Source: Amphiscolops sp. MND2022
Taxonomy: Eukaryota
Length of the DNA stretch: 64,000 nucleotides
Assembly: GCA_964187785.1 (NCBI GenBank)
Contig: OZ076409.1
Span: forward strand, 58,716,001 to 58,780,000
Direction of reading: 5' to 3'
Positions within the stretch are counted from its first letter, which is position 1. Each line of letters begins with the position of its first letter. Positions 1-12,552 of the stretch are shown one piece after another. Made by a program: the position numbers and the translations under genes. The notes under the pieces were generated by a model. It was not told the DNA's origin, ran no database searches, and saw nothing but the letters and a program-made list of their open reading frames with translations.

Positions 1-480
1 TTCAATGAACTTTGACACCGTGACTTTCAGGCTGTTGGGGTAGGGCAATGGGGGCAGAAGATGGTCGAAGCAGTGAGGCGTAGCCGAAGTGGGGATAGAG
101 AAATTCATCAACAAGCCCCAAATTTTAGTGGTTTTTGTCACTTTCGTAGATGTCAACCATCCGCGATACCTCAACAGACACGCGATGAACACCTTCAACA
201 CCAAAAGCAATGCAATCAGGAACAACCAGCTCATGTACATCGCGGTTTCCGGAAGCATTTCGAGTCTCATGAAGCAGAAAGATGCAGAGGCTGTACCTAT
301 GAAGGCGAATATTTTCGGAGTAAGAGGCCACACAAAAGTTTCGGCCGTACACACTAACTTCCTAATATAGATATCTCGTTTTCTGCGGGCTTCTGACTTA
401 TTCCACGACTCCAGACGAAGCGTATCGTCCATGGTTATAACCCGATCCACAATTCTACTGGCAGAGCCAATGGCTTCCAT
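1..480 (-). CDS. CPT1: Carnitine O-palmitoyltransferase 1-like protein, first coding exon (runs off the left window edge)
   Basis: Manual minus-strand translation from ATG 480 is open to base 1: MEAIGSASRIV...WPLTPKIFAFIG...LKVFIACLLRYRGWLTSTKVTKTTKIWGLLMNF...FDHLLPPLPYPNSLKVTVSKFIE. It matches the CPT1 N-terminus (two TM segments, LLxYxGW...TKIW, LPxLPxP). A tttcag acceptor lies upstream near 658. Not in the ORF track because it is truncated. Confidence 0.78.
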   Translation of the reverse strand, partial: MEAIGSASRIVDRVITMDDTLRLESWNKSEARRKRDIYIRKLVCTAETFVWPLTPKIFAFIGTASASFCFMRLEMLPETAMYMSWLFLIALLLVLKVFIACLLRYRGWLTSTKVTKTTKIWGLLMNFSIPTSATPHCFDHLLPPLPYPNSLKVTVSKFIE

Positions 481-1373
481 AGCTACCCAAATCGAATGTC
501 TAAGATGAATGTCAAAAACTCGAAGTTCGAACTTGGGTTCACAACTGAATGGTAAATGAGTTGTTGTCAGTTGAGGTTAAGTAGGGACTTCTAAGAAAGC
601 TAAAAGAAGAATGGAGGTTTAAGTAGAATGCCAGAGGTCCATGATTGCATGATAATCCTGAAATTTGAACTTCCCGTTTCAATGTTTGCATTAAAATGTG
701 ATAAAAATACTAAGACAAAGACAACGACTCTAAACTGTTTGAATAGTTGAGTAAAATTCACCCATTCAGAACATTGATGTCAAAGTTTGTTTAGTTCGAT
801 TGTAGTACGATAATGCGTAAACTTTGAACCTTCATTCGGACTATTATGATCTGACGATCAGTGAACCATGGTACTTCTAAAGAAACGCCTATTGGACTTT
901 GCGCTTCAGGGACGATTAAGTACGTAGCAAATTATTAAACTTTGACCAATCTGAAAAGGTTGAAGAACTCTTTGAAATTGGAAAACCCTAAATTTCCCCG
1001 AATGAAGGCTAAATTCATGACTACATGCTTGTTTTTCAACAACGAACGTCGAATCGAATTCTGAAAAACTTACAAATTTTCAAAACAAGATGGGACCGTC
1101 TAAAGTTAGCGCCCCGCTTCATGCTCAAAACGCGCAAAAGTATTTTAAAGCGTCAAGGAATATTTATTGAAAAATTCTCTATCTCACAGTGCCGAAGAAG
1201 TTCAAAAGTTTTTGAACTTCCAAGGTTTTTTTTTCACTGAAAACGTAAAAAAAACCAAAGCAAAAACCCTTTTGTAAAAAAACTCGCAAAAAAGTACCAG
1301 AGTGCCAACAAACCCAAAAGGGGGCCCTTTTGGACAAAAGGTTCCTGTGGATCACAGTAACATGTCTTTTAGG

Positions 1374-1813
1374 CAGGGCTGTTCAAAAATGAATTGTCAT
1401 AACAATAATTGTCATTTTTTCTACTGGTACTAGAAAATGTGATCATTGGAAAAAATGCAATAAAAATTGTAACATGTAAATAAATGTAACATTTTGTTCC
1501 TGCGTCATTGTGTAATTCATTTGCCGGTTTTTGAAACAGCGCTGACAAAGTATCAGAACGGAGAGGAAATTTCAAGTCTGGAAAAGGACATTCTCCAGAA
1601 AATCCATGCTACCACACCATCTTGAAAGTCAAATTTTCTTGGCAGTCAACCGAGACTTTCTGTTTTTCTTTTAATTTCAAATGTTTTACATATATTGTTT
1701 TATATAAGAAACAATGTAACAATAAATGCAATAATAATTGTTGACAATGTTAAAAAATGTAAATAAAAATGTAGACTCAAAAAATGATTGCATTTTAATT
1801 GTGAACAGCCCTG
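1374..1813. mobile_element. hAT-family MITE (440 bp)
   Basis: TIRs CAGGGCTGTTCA / TGAACAGCCCTG; perfect 8-bp TSD CTTTTAGG at 1366-1373 and 1814-1821. Confidence 0.85.
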
Positions 1814-2979
1814 CTTTTAGGATACAATAACTATCAACTTCAAGGTTCAATGATAAAGTTCAATGTGAAATACAGGTTACGACGCTGAAAATTTACAAAA
1901 CGACAGCCGAAATTCCTGAACCTATCAGATGAAGGATGAATTTTCTAAATAGACTAGCAAATTTCACTATTTTGGCAATCTCTCCACAGACCATTGCGTG
2001 ATGTACAGTAGTGATATTATTAAAAGCAAATTTCAAAATCGAATATTTCAAAAACAGCGGCGATTTTTGGAAATTGGTGAATAAAAGTTTCTTAGGTTCC
2101 TATCTAGTTTACAAATAGGTTTGTTTGAAAAATATGCGATAAAGATGTAAAACTTACATAAGTCCATTTTCAGCCGATTTTAGTTCGACATTGAGGTTTT
2201 TCTCACTTTTGCTCGCAATTTTCTGAGAAATTATGTTCAATTGACCCCCCAGATTTTCCTGAAGTTCCCGATATGTTTTGATTTTGAAATCGTCGTAAAA
2301 TCTTAAAAATGAGCTGTTTTTTCGAAAAATAGGTCTAAAAAGCTTTTGTGTTTGGATACTATTTTGAAATTTAACATAAAACAAGCTAATACTAATACAA
2401 ATTACAACATTTTTCAGTAACAATTATATTATTAGCTTCGAAATGTTTGGGAGAATTTTTCTGTCAAAATTTCTGTCTTTCAAAATCAAAAAGGTATAAG
2501 TGAGTCAAAAACTCGAAATAACTTGAACGATGTTTTAGAAACAGCTCGTGACCAATGAAATGTGCGCTTGATATCGTAATTAGCCAATGAGATTTGTTCA
2601 TTTGCTCTTTCAGATTGCTATGTTGCTTTTAATAATTTCCCTACATTACAGCTTGTAATCAAGATTGAAAGTTTGCAGCTATGCGAGGCAGCATTTTCAT
2701 TCCTTCTACCTCTCCAGATTGATAATAGTGTATGCTAATCTTAATGGCTATTTTGTTGATTTTGATTGTCTAATTTTTGCAATTAGCCAATAGGAATCAA
2801 GATGAATGCACGCTGATTTTAGAAAACAAACTTGAATGTCGTTTTGTAAGTTTTCAACGTGAATAAACTAACTAAAATCTTGGAGTATCGCGAGTCATTT
2901 GACTAACAAGGGTCGATAAATGGAGTCTTAAAAATCACATTTACGGTGTTTATAACATTTCAGCTTACGCGGAAATATT

Positions 2980-3820
2980 AAGAAGCCGGGAACGGCCCAA
3001 CTCGGCGCCCCGCTCAGGGTTCACAAAAAGCAAGTTTTTTTCAAATATGCAGAGACACTAGCATGAGAATGTGTTCCAGTGCATCAAATTTCCAGTGCAG
3101 GAAAATACTCAAATTGACACCATGAAATGGAAAATGGGCTTCTTCCCAACTGCAAACAACAAAAATCAGAATTGAAAAAAAAACATTTGGACGTTTTCGG
3201 AAGCTTCGGGCTCGCCAAATACTTTTCTCAGGTCGAAAACATGAAAATGACAGGGGTACCAATTGACAATATAAAAAATTTTCTGAAAGCCCCAAACTTT
3301 TGAATTTTTTTCCAGAATTTTTTTAAATTCTTCAGTAAATCGCATTCTGACCAAAAAACCTACGGTGGCCCTCTATGCTCTCAAAACGTTTTTTCGCTAA
3401 AAATCAAAAGGGGCACTTCGACTGAGAGAACTTCGGGGAAAAGTCGCATAGTGTAAAAAACGAAAGGGGGAACCTTTGGTCTTCCCACTACTTTTGCAAC
3501 AATAAAAAACTTTGGTTTAGTGCGAGACTGGAACCCACGTACTCCTGCTTCTCGGACCTCAAAAATCCGAGTCAACTTCTATGCCGAGTGGCACTTAGAA
3601 AATTCAAGTTACTATGAGTTCATAAAATTTTTATAAATCTGTCAGTTCGTCGGTCTTAAAAAAGACTATAGTCTGCTTTTTCACATTTCCGAAAATAGCA
3701 CTCAAAACTTCTTAATTGATATGAATTTCATGGAAAATGAAATGGAGGACCCTTCCCACCAATTTCAAGAATGTTGGTATTCGGCACGAAATGGTCATTT
3801 CATGAAGCGCCGACTAAAAA
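2980..3820 (-). mobile_element. Helentron-like non-autonomous repeat, family 1 (diverged copy)
   Basis: Starts with small hairpin gccgggaacggc plus actcggcgc and ends aagcgccgactaaaaa, as in other family 1 copies. Confidence 0.55.
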
Positions 3821-5477
3821 TTGACTTGGATAAACTCTGTGGTTATAACGTATTTTAGATATAACTTCCTCATTCCCACTCACCCTAGGCCGTCGCTATA
3901 TCCAGATTACAGTGTATTTTTGTTCAATTGGTAGTATGAGATAATTATTGTTAGAAAAGAGTCCCCGAACGACGCATAAAAGCACAAACCTCGCTTTGGG
4001 GTACCTTATTTGGGGTAAACATAAAACGTCAACAAAGCCGCTGATTTTCACAAAATAGCTGGCAACAGTTTCGAATAATTGCAAATTGTCAGGTCAGCAA
4101 GTAAAAATATACAATTTTACGACAAATTCATTGCAATTGTACGCGCCGAAGTAGAATAATCCATCAGATTGTTCAACAAAAACATAAAATGAAACCAGTA
4201 AAACTAGCTAGCACAAAAACTGGACGACCATATTTTGAGCAAAATAGTTCTTGTCAATTTTTGTACGTCAAAACATGCGCCACGGCGTGGTTTTTTTGCA
4301 ACGTATTTTGAACGTATTATAAATACAAAAAGGAGTGAATTCTATCAACCAATAGCACCATGCGCTGAAGTACACACCGGCAGCTTAAATACAAGCAGTG
4401 TTTATATAATTTATATGCATTTGCGTTGCATTGCAATATATAGCATTTGCATCCTGCCGCAAGTTACATCATGACACGATGGTCCAATTTTACACCATTT
4501 AGAAGCTGGTACATAGTACCAACAACGTATTAGGCATTGGTTGATAGTAAAAGAACGGTCGTATATGTTAATTGCTATAGCAACCCTAACAGCTCAGAAA
4601 AAAAGACGAAAAGATATTGATGAACATTCATATACTATTAAAATTATAATAATATAAGAGTAAACATCAATCGAATAAAGACTTACATCACATGTTCAAA
4701 AACATTCAGTTCTCAAGTGATATCATTATTCAACTATTATGTAATGCATTGCGTAATCAGACGACGTTATGGTTCGACCATGTCACCGATTACGTAAACA
4801 AACGACATGTCGGGTGGATCATGTCATATATTACGCAATAAGAGGTTAGGTTCACAGGTCCCTTGCACCAGAATGATAAAAGTTTTGCACCCACAATATA
4901 ACATACACATAAGTATCTTTAACCATACAAGTATAGTACAATAAACAATGAGCCCGATCTTGAACAATTTCACAAAGACCAACAATTTTGTCATACTTCA
5001 CTGGCTATTAGAGATGGTAGTTTAAGAGGGGGGATTAGTCTTTCGCGAAAATAGGTATAGCTTTTGTCAAAGATCCTAAAAGCTTTACGTGTAATGTAAA
5101 TAGGCTATTGAAAAACAAGATTACTCGGAAGCGTCAGCATCAGCATCAGCTCTCAAAATGATGTGCGTAGCAAATGCTTAATTTCGAAACTACAAAAACT
5201 CCTCCTCCTCATGTTTGCTTCTTCAATTTTCGAACTACTCGGAAAAATAGACAAAAACATCTATGTGGAAACATTAAGCTTCTCGTGATAAGCATTTCAA
5301 ATTTGAACATCTCGATTGTTTTCCAGTTTCAAATCATATCATCACAAGATTAAATCATACCACCACTTACTCCAGGGAACAACTACACCATTTGATAGCT
5401 TAGTTTACAACGTATAAGAGGAGGTGTCGAACGGCTATAGGTTTGTTTACACGGGGTCACTTGATCATTATAATATA

Positions 5478-5801
5478 CAAACGGGGTCCATGATTTTGTA
5501 TATTTCGACATTTTTTCCAGGTATTTACAGGCACAATCAACTACTTCGAAACATTACTGTGTTAAGCACATATCGATTTTGGACAACTGCTCAAAATAGG
5601 AATTGGAAAAAATCACATGCAGATACATTTCAGTACTTAACCGGTTAATTTCAACAATACTGGCGAAATCAGAAGAGATTTGTTCCTCTTTTCCTAATAA
5701 CTTGCAACTCAGCAGGAACTACGACTGCAGTAACAATTTCCTTAGTAGCAACTTACATGTGACAGCAAACGTCCTAGAAGGAAGTATTTGGACCCCGGAT
5801 G
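5478..5801. mobile_element. Possible TA-flanked MITE
   Basis: Imperfect TIRs ta|caaacggggtcca ... tggaccccggatg|ta. Confidence 0.35.
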
Positions 5802-5882
5802 TATCGTAGACCAATTAGGATGATTATGAAATGATGTTCAGGGACAGGGGCACTTCACTTGTGTCAGTGAGCTTTACTTCGT

Positions 5883-8476
5883 CTACTTGCTGCTGGTGGA
5901 CAGCAGATAGAGTAGCCCGGATGAGAAAGCGACAGTGCCAGTGTAGTTGTACATGGGCGCGAAGCTCTTGAAGATGAAGAAGGAAAAGACGAGCACTAAC
6001 GTCAAGTAGATGATGTTGTTGTAGAACAGGGAGAAACTCACAGCCTGCCAACACGCATTGCAAAATGATACTATACGATGACGTCACACTAATGGACAAA
6101 AATTACAAAAAATTGGCGAACAAGCCAGGGACTACTCAAGTCGGCGCCGCTTCAAGTAGAATTAAAGAAGTATATTATGGAGACGTGGCATCGTGGCACC
6201 CAAAAACGATGAAGATTGTAAAAAGCTTCCATGTGATTTGAAAAAAACGACGAAAAGCTTTTTCAATATCCGGTCTATTTCTTATAGCGGTGACAAATAA
6301 AATATCATAAATTACTTCTGATTTCGCTGTGAATTGTTTGTGAAAAACTGATAACCGCTTTGAAAATTCGACCTTAATCAATCACTGCTAACTCTTCAGT
6401 TTCAGTGGGACCAAAATGGTAAGTTCAATTGGAAGGGTCTAAACATCCTCTGAATAACCAGCATTGTTATTCAATTCTAGGAGAACGAACCGACGTCACA
6501 GAAATGTTCTGTAGGGATTATTTTGGATTGAAAAGCTTGCAAAATTATCGAGAATCGAATAGCGACTCGATTTTTATCTATAATCGAGGTGAAAATTAAT
6601 ATTAGACCATACCTATAGTGCCCTAAATGCAGGAGCGAAGCGAAGCGACGTGTCAGTAATTGACTAACAGTTTTGATGAAGGGTGACCTGGAAGAGCGCA
6701 AAGCGCCCCGAAAGAAGAAAGGCCGAATCATTTTGGTTTCCAAATTTACGATAAAGTTATCATATAAAGTAATAAAGTTATCATTTTAGATCCTGCATAA
6801 TTTAATCCTAAAAATCGACTCTGACTAATTTGGTTGCAATTTTCCTATTTAAATAATTCGATATGGAAATTTCCATATAAAATTATACTTTGCTATAAAT
6901 TCAAAAAATGTACAGAACGAGTTGCCTTAAGGCAACTCGTTCTGTACATTTTTTGAATTTATAGCAAAGTTCAACTGGCCCCTTATAACTATAGTTGTGC
7001 TGATACCAAACTGAATTCGGTGCTCAACAAAAGCGACGACGTGAGGTGCGAAATTGAGGATGCCATTTTCTGGGAAAAAGCTCAGCTGTCTAGTCGTGCA
7101 TTTTCCTTTTGACAGTTACTGCCAAAGTACACAATACAATGCTGATCACTACCATCTATTCAATATTGTGCAATGCGAGGCAGAAGCCGTACCTGCGATT
7201 CGGAGATCTCGTTCTTTTTCCAGTGCAACAAGTTGTCTTTCTCCCGCTTGGAGAGGTTCTTGTTTTGCTCAAACATCTTGTTTACTTCTTTGTTCACGGC
7301 CTTCTCGATCTTCTGTGCCACTCGATGTTTGATCACAAATTTCGTGTTGGTATAAGCCTGAAACCAAATTCCTAGTCAAAGTTTGAGTAAAGTTGGTACA
7401 ATTGCTGGTTGCCAGCAATCCCTTATATAAGGCTGCCATCAAACCCTCTTGAAGGTATCTATAATTACACGGCCAATCCGTTGATGTAGACTCTCTTCGC
7501 GTGAGCCAAATTCACCTAATCATCGTTGAGATGAAAGTACGGATCGAATTTGCGGATGTCGAAATGAAACATTTACCGTGTTCAACTTGTTTGAAAGCAA
7601 GCTCCGAATGTAAGACACCCCCTCAATTTTTATTGCTCCCTCTAGACTAAGGCATCATTTAAATATAAGGCGTTTTTCCTTCGCCGCCAAAAAACAGTAC
7701 CACAAGATAGAACGAACTGTGGCATTTATCCCAAATTCCATAGTCAGTCTATATCTAGTTTCGAAGAAAAAATATATTTCTCGCTCCAATATAAAACATC
7801 CCAGAATATGATGAATACAAAATTGAAAGCAACGTCTAAACGTCGAGCTGTTAAAATATCAGAATGAAACTGCATATGAAGTGTCCTGTAACCCATTTTG
7901 CAGCTGTACAAAAGTCTACATGCCTTCAATTACACAATTCATGTCAAATCAATTACAAAATTATACGATAGTATATACTAAAATATAAAACGAGCAACTT
8001 TGACTTTTTCAAGATGAAACTTTGCATGCTTTGTGGGTTGTATGGCAGAAGTTCGGAATTTTTCTACAGCCTTTCTGAAACTCAGTGTATACTCCAAAGA
8101 AATTTTGAATTCTCACATATTTGGACATTTTTTTATCAGTTACCCCACTATTTTGAACAAAAGCATCTGAACAGAATTTCTGAACAGTACAACAGTTTTC
8201 TGTGCTGTTAAAACTTATACTGACTTTAGCAATGAGGATGGCGCTGAAAATACTCATTATGGCCCATAGGATGTAGTTATCCATGGGGTCCATCATGTGT
8301 ATCCTCCAATACAACCACAAGGGGATGCTGGCTACTATGAGGGCCATGCCATAGAACACGAATCCACTCATGCCACTCAAGTTGCGACTGAAGTCGTTCA
8401 GAATGACGTCAATGTCGTCAGAAGCAGCTGCCGCCGCCGCATCTGCTTGTTGCTGTTTCTTCGAAGATGAACTCAT
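5883..8476 (-). CDS. SSR3: Translocon-associated protein subunit gamma (TRAP-gamma), 3 exons: 8225-8476, 7193-7357, 5883-6044; 192 aa
   Basis: Spliced translation at phase-0 GT-AG junctions: ...LNDFSRNLS...IVASIPLWLYWRIH...|AYTNTKFVIKHRVAQK...LSKREKDNLLHWKKNEISESQ|AVSFSLFYNNIIYL...YNYTGTVAFSSGLLYLLSTSSK*. Collinear with SSR3 hallmark motifs. Confidence 0.95.
6887..6970. repeat. Perfect 84-bp loop-less palindrome in SSR3 intron 2
   Basis: actttgctataaattcaaaaaatgtacagaacgagttgcctt|aaggcaactcgttctgtacattttttgaatttatagcaaagt. Confidence 0.95.
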
Positions 8477-10475
8477 GATTCTGTTTCTAGCACTTAGTCA
8501 GGGTTCTTCAACTGTTCTCAATTGACGACACACGAAATCTGAAAATGGGGTTCGTTTGAAAGAACAGTTGTATTACTTGTAGTCTTGTTAAAGAACAGAA
8601 TAAAACAATTTATTAAAGTAATTTATTACAATTAATTACAATTTATTTAATTCAAAAGTAAACAAGCAAACAAAACTTTTTTGATTAGATAAATATATCC
8701 AACTAGGATTCGGTAATTTTTTCATAACAATGTTTACTGTCTGTAACGTCACTGGATATAAATTCAAACCGCTTATAACGTCAGCATGGAAGACTGTATG
8801 GACTCCTTTGGTTACAGCGTATTTTTTCCGATTCGCTTTGGGCCTTTGTTATATTCGGTTTACCCTATAAAAAAGGTTTGAATTAGTTCTTGCAATGTTA
8901 TTTATTCCCAATTCTAATTTGACAATATTACTCAACACTTGAGCACAAAGCTAACCAAGAACGAAATCGTCATCAAAAAGTGCTTTTCGAGACCTCTATT
9001 GGGTCAAATTGGAAGTTCACATCTCATGGCAGCGAACAAAATTTAACCCAACTCCATTGAAGCAGATAAAACGATAACCAAGTCATTAAGGAAAATGAAC
9101 GAACATACAGCGGGGCTTAGAAACTATATTGCCTCAGTTTTGGCATTATCAAGTGAATTTTCAGCAATTGTTTCAAGTAATGCAGCAAAAATGAGCATTT
9201 TCTGCTAATATCGATTCCATATACATACTTATAAGACTTTTAAGAATCATCTTCTAATACTGAACACACAATTTCATTATACTTAATCTCATTGAATTTA
9301 GTCATTCCTTGATACGATAATTCCATTACTCATGACTTAATAAGCAATTCAATGGTCGGTCACATATTGAATGAGAAAAGCGTTCTCTAGTAAGACATTC
9401 CTGTCTTGCGCACATCTGTGATTCTTATTTAAATGGAATATTCTCAATCGTAAAGCATCCAAGCTTGGATTTTCATATTTTAATTGAAATCATCAATGGT
9501 GTGCAATGCCGAACCAAAAACTTACAAAAATCCTGATAATTTTAAACCTTGATATTTTCCGCCAATATTTCCACATGCGCAAGGAAAACCAACTGAACCG
9601 CGCTTTTTTTTCAAAATTCGCCATGCTCCAAATTCATACACAAATTAAAGTTTCGTCCACAAAATTCAACTACCATGAACTTAGGTTCGAGCGATATGTA
9701 CAAGTAGATATTTTTCGAATTTTTTATGGCCAAAAGACCCGAAAATTGTTTAATATGCCATTTTTCGACCTTTTTCATGCAATTTTTGTAGTTTTCGTGG
9801 GTTACAAATTTCCGCTAATGTACTCCTTCGCTAGCGCTAAAGCGGCTTTATTAGCGATTAGCGTCAAATCTCCAGTTACAATATCTAATAAGTTAAAGAC
9901 GAGCTATCCAGTACGCTTGTTTAAAGAGAAAGCTATATTTTCTTTAGATTTTTGGGAGTTAGAACCCACTGATCTAACAGATAGGCTATTCAGTAACTTT
10001 TTTAAGGGGAAATTGGAGTTTTTATCGGAGAAGTTCATGAGAATAAAAAGGCCAAAAATTCCACAATTACCAAAAAATTGATAAATTACTCAAAACTTGA
10101 CACTCTTACAATGTTTCGTGAGTTGGAACATATCATAAGCTCAGCGTTGAAACAATAAGCTATTGGTGCGCTTTTAGAAAATACGTAAGTTTCCATTTTT
10201 TCGACACGTTTCGGCACATTTTGCACAAAATTTGAACTGATAGGTGGATATGAAAATTCGAAAAGTTCAAAGGCAAATCTTTTCAGCATACGTTTTGATT
10301 GCCACAAAACGCAAAAAAATATTTAAAACTGGAAATTTTTTTGCTATTTTTGCGAAATTTAAGCACGTTATACTCAGCAAATTTTATCAATGAGGATCGA
10401 AACCCACGCGGCTGCAACTAGTGTAGCTTGCTATGGGGAGATAGTATCCGGAAGGGTAGAGACTTCGAAAATTAA

Positions 10476-10906
10476 CAAGACGGGAACGTCTAAAGTCGGC
10501 GCCATATTCAATGCTCAAAAAGCGCAAACTTTTTAAAATTGTAAAAAGTGGGACCCTTTGGGCTTTTTGCATCCATTAACAGTTGCAAAATATCAAACAG
10601 GGCGTTCATGTTAGAGGCTTTTGGATGCGTTCAAAATCAAGTACTAAGTACTTTTGGTAAAAGTGCATAATGCACAAAAAGTGGTACATACAGAGTGAGC
10701 TATTGTAAGATGAAACAAGACGGGAACGTCTAAAGTCGGACTAATTTCCGCTGACCGGACTTGGCCTTATGGTAGTAGTTTTAGTAGTGTCGATTGTAAG
10801 AAAAGTGCCCAGCCCAATCAGAGTGAGATTGTAGTCTGACGAAAAAAAAAGAAAACGAGCCATTGTAATAGTCGGGCACTTTTCACTAGAAAAGCGCCGA
10901 CTAGAA
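10476..10906 (-). mobile_element. Helentron-like repeat family 1 (two adjacent or nested copies)
   Basis: caagacgggaacgtctaaagtcgg at ~10476 and ~10716; end hairpin agtcgggcacttttcactagaaaagcgccgact near 10870-10902. Confidence 0.7.
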
Positions 10907-11389
10907 ATGGATCAATCCCAGAAACAGCGTAATTGGGGAATTGACTTTTTTTGCTCATTTTCAACTTTTTAGTTCTGGATTGCAGTTTACAGAGTTCAAC
11001 AACAAAACATTAGGTACTTCGCATGCTCTCAATTTTTTTTTCAAAATGGGATAAGATGATTCCAAAAGTTTCAAAATTTTTTAATCTGTGCATTTTCATA
11101 GTTCATTGCCTACTCTCGAGCTTTAAAAATATGTCGTTGCAGATGCATTTTAAAATATGTCGTGGCAGAGTTTTTGATCAATGCTGTCATTAACTCACAA
11201 CTTACTGAAATGGTTACACAGAGGCAAAGTCGTGCTTCGGAAACACTTGCGAAGAAAGTTGCGAACTTTTGAAAAGAAAACCAAATAAGCAATATCATGA
11301 GGAGAACCAAGGGTGAAGGAGTCGGACAATTTTTGCTACTGATCGATCAATTTAAAACAAAAAGTGAATGGCCCGAGAATTTTTGGTGC

Positions 11390-11885
11390 CCTCCAGTGGG
11401 TCGCATAGTTCCGAAAACCCTGAGGAGTCCTTTTTGCTGGCAAAACGTTTCGTTTCTAGTAAAAATTGAGGGGGCAGAAATGAAAACAAATCAGAGAAAA
11501 ACCGCAAAGAAAAAACACCGGTCTTCAAAAAACAAAGTTCGGAAATAGCGTGCTGGGCCTATGAAAATCTAATTTTAAGACAAAAATACTCATTAAAAAA
11601 TCTCACAATGCTGAAAACTGTAAAAGGGGACCCTAAGAGATTTTTCAACATTCATTCTGTTGCAAAATAAAAAAAATTGAAGGGGGGCCTTTTGGGGACA
11701 TTAAAAAGCTGAAAAATGGGACCCTTCTGCTTCGGAATGCTCTTGAAAAAATAGCGCATACGCACCGGTTCGAACACGAAACCTCTGGGTTGACAAGCAT
11801 CTTGCCACTAGACCACGAACGCCTGAACTGTGCGACTGGCCGGCTGAAACGAGAGAGTAGTCGCGCGGAAAAGCACCCGCACTTT
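11390..11885 (-). mobile_element. Helentron-like repeat family 1 fragment containing a tRNA-derived segment (11756-11823)
   Basis: Internal sequence matches the copy at 20645/35510. Minus strand reads ggcgttcg-TGGTCTAGTGG (A box)...GTTCGAACC (B box). Confidence 0.55.
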
Positions 11886-12552
11886 CCCATAACATTTGCT
11901 TATCACACGTGTAATAACTAGTATTTCAATTCCTCTTCACGTATATTTCAAAAAACAAAACAAACAACGATACTTCAATTTCTCAATTTGAATTGATAAA
12001 AGCACAATAACACGTCCACGGATTTATCAATAGTACTTTTGAAGAATAATAGCATAACAAATCGATGAAAATTATAACAAAACAGTTAGCAAAAGTGACT
12101 GCAAAAACTAGAAAGATGGAACGTTTTTTGCCACCTCAAATGAGAGAATGCATTTCAAAAAAGACTGACAATTTGAAATTAATCATACAATGTTAAAAGC
12201 CTGACAGTAGAAGCCGCATATGAAATGAAGAACGATTAGCATTAGGTGCAGACCATAAACGTCTAGTTACGACGTCGAACTAAAAACTACATGAAAGAAA
12301 ACCAAGGAAACGATCAGACAAGTTCATGATGTCAATCAATTGTTCCGACATATAAAACTTTCAACTGAAGAGCCGCAACAAAACATTTCTGTTGCACGCC
12401 AATACTTGCCGCGGCTTCAATGGGAACGCAACTTCTCTCAGAACCGGGTGGGCAAAATAAAGAAACATTAATTTCAAATAATGTGTGCAGAAGTAATATA
12501 TTGCTAATTTGGCCACCGTGTTAGCCTCGACTCAGGGTTCAGCGATTGACCT

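Noticed and set aside
61..370. Plus-strand ORFs 61-357 and 89-370
   Set aside because: Antisense shadows of the CPT1-like exon.
6660..6745. Hammerhead-ribozyme-like ttgatga-ggg...ccc-gaaa
   Set aside because: The core is UUGAUGA rather than CUGANGA, and stems I and III with a UH cleavage site cannot be formed convincingly.
9506..10081. 191-aa ORF
   Set aside because: No recognisable motif, composition typical of AT-rich non-coding DNA, and no supporting exon structure.
11756..11823. Functional tRNA gene
   Set aside because: The anticodon arm is degenerate, the acceptor stem is mismatched, and it is embedded in a repeat; treated as a tRNA-derived segment.
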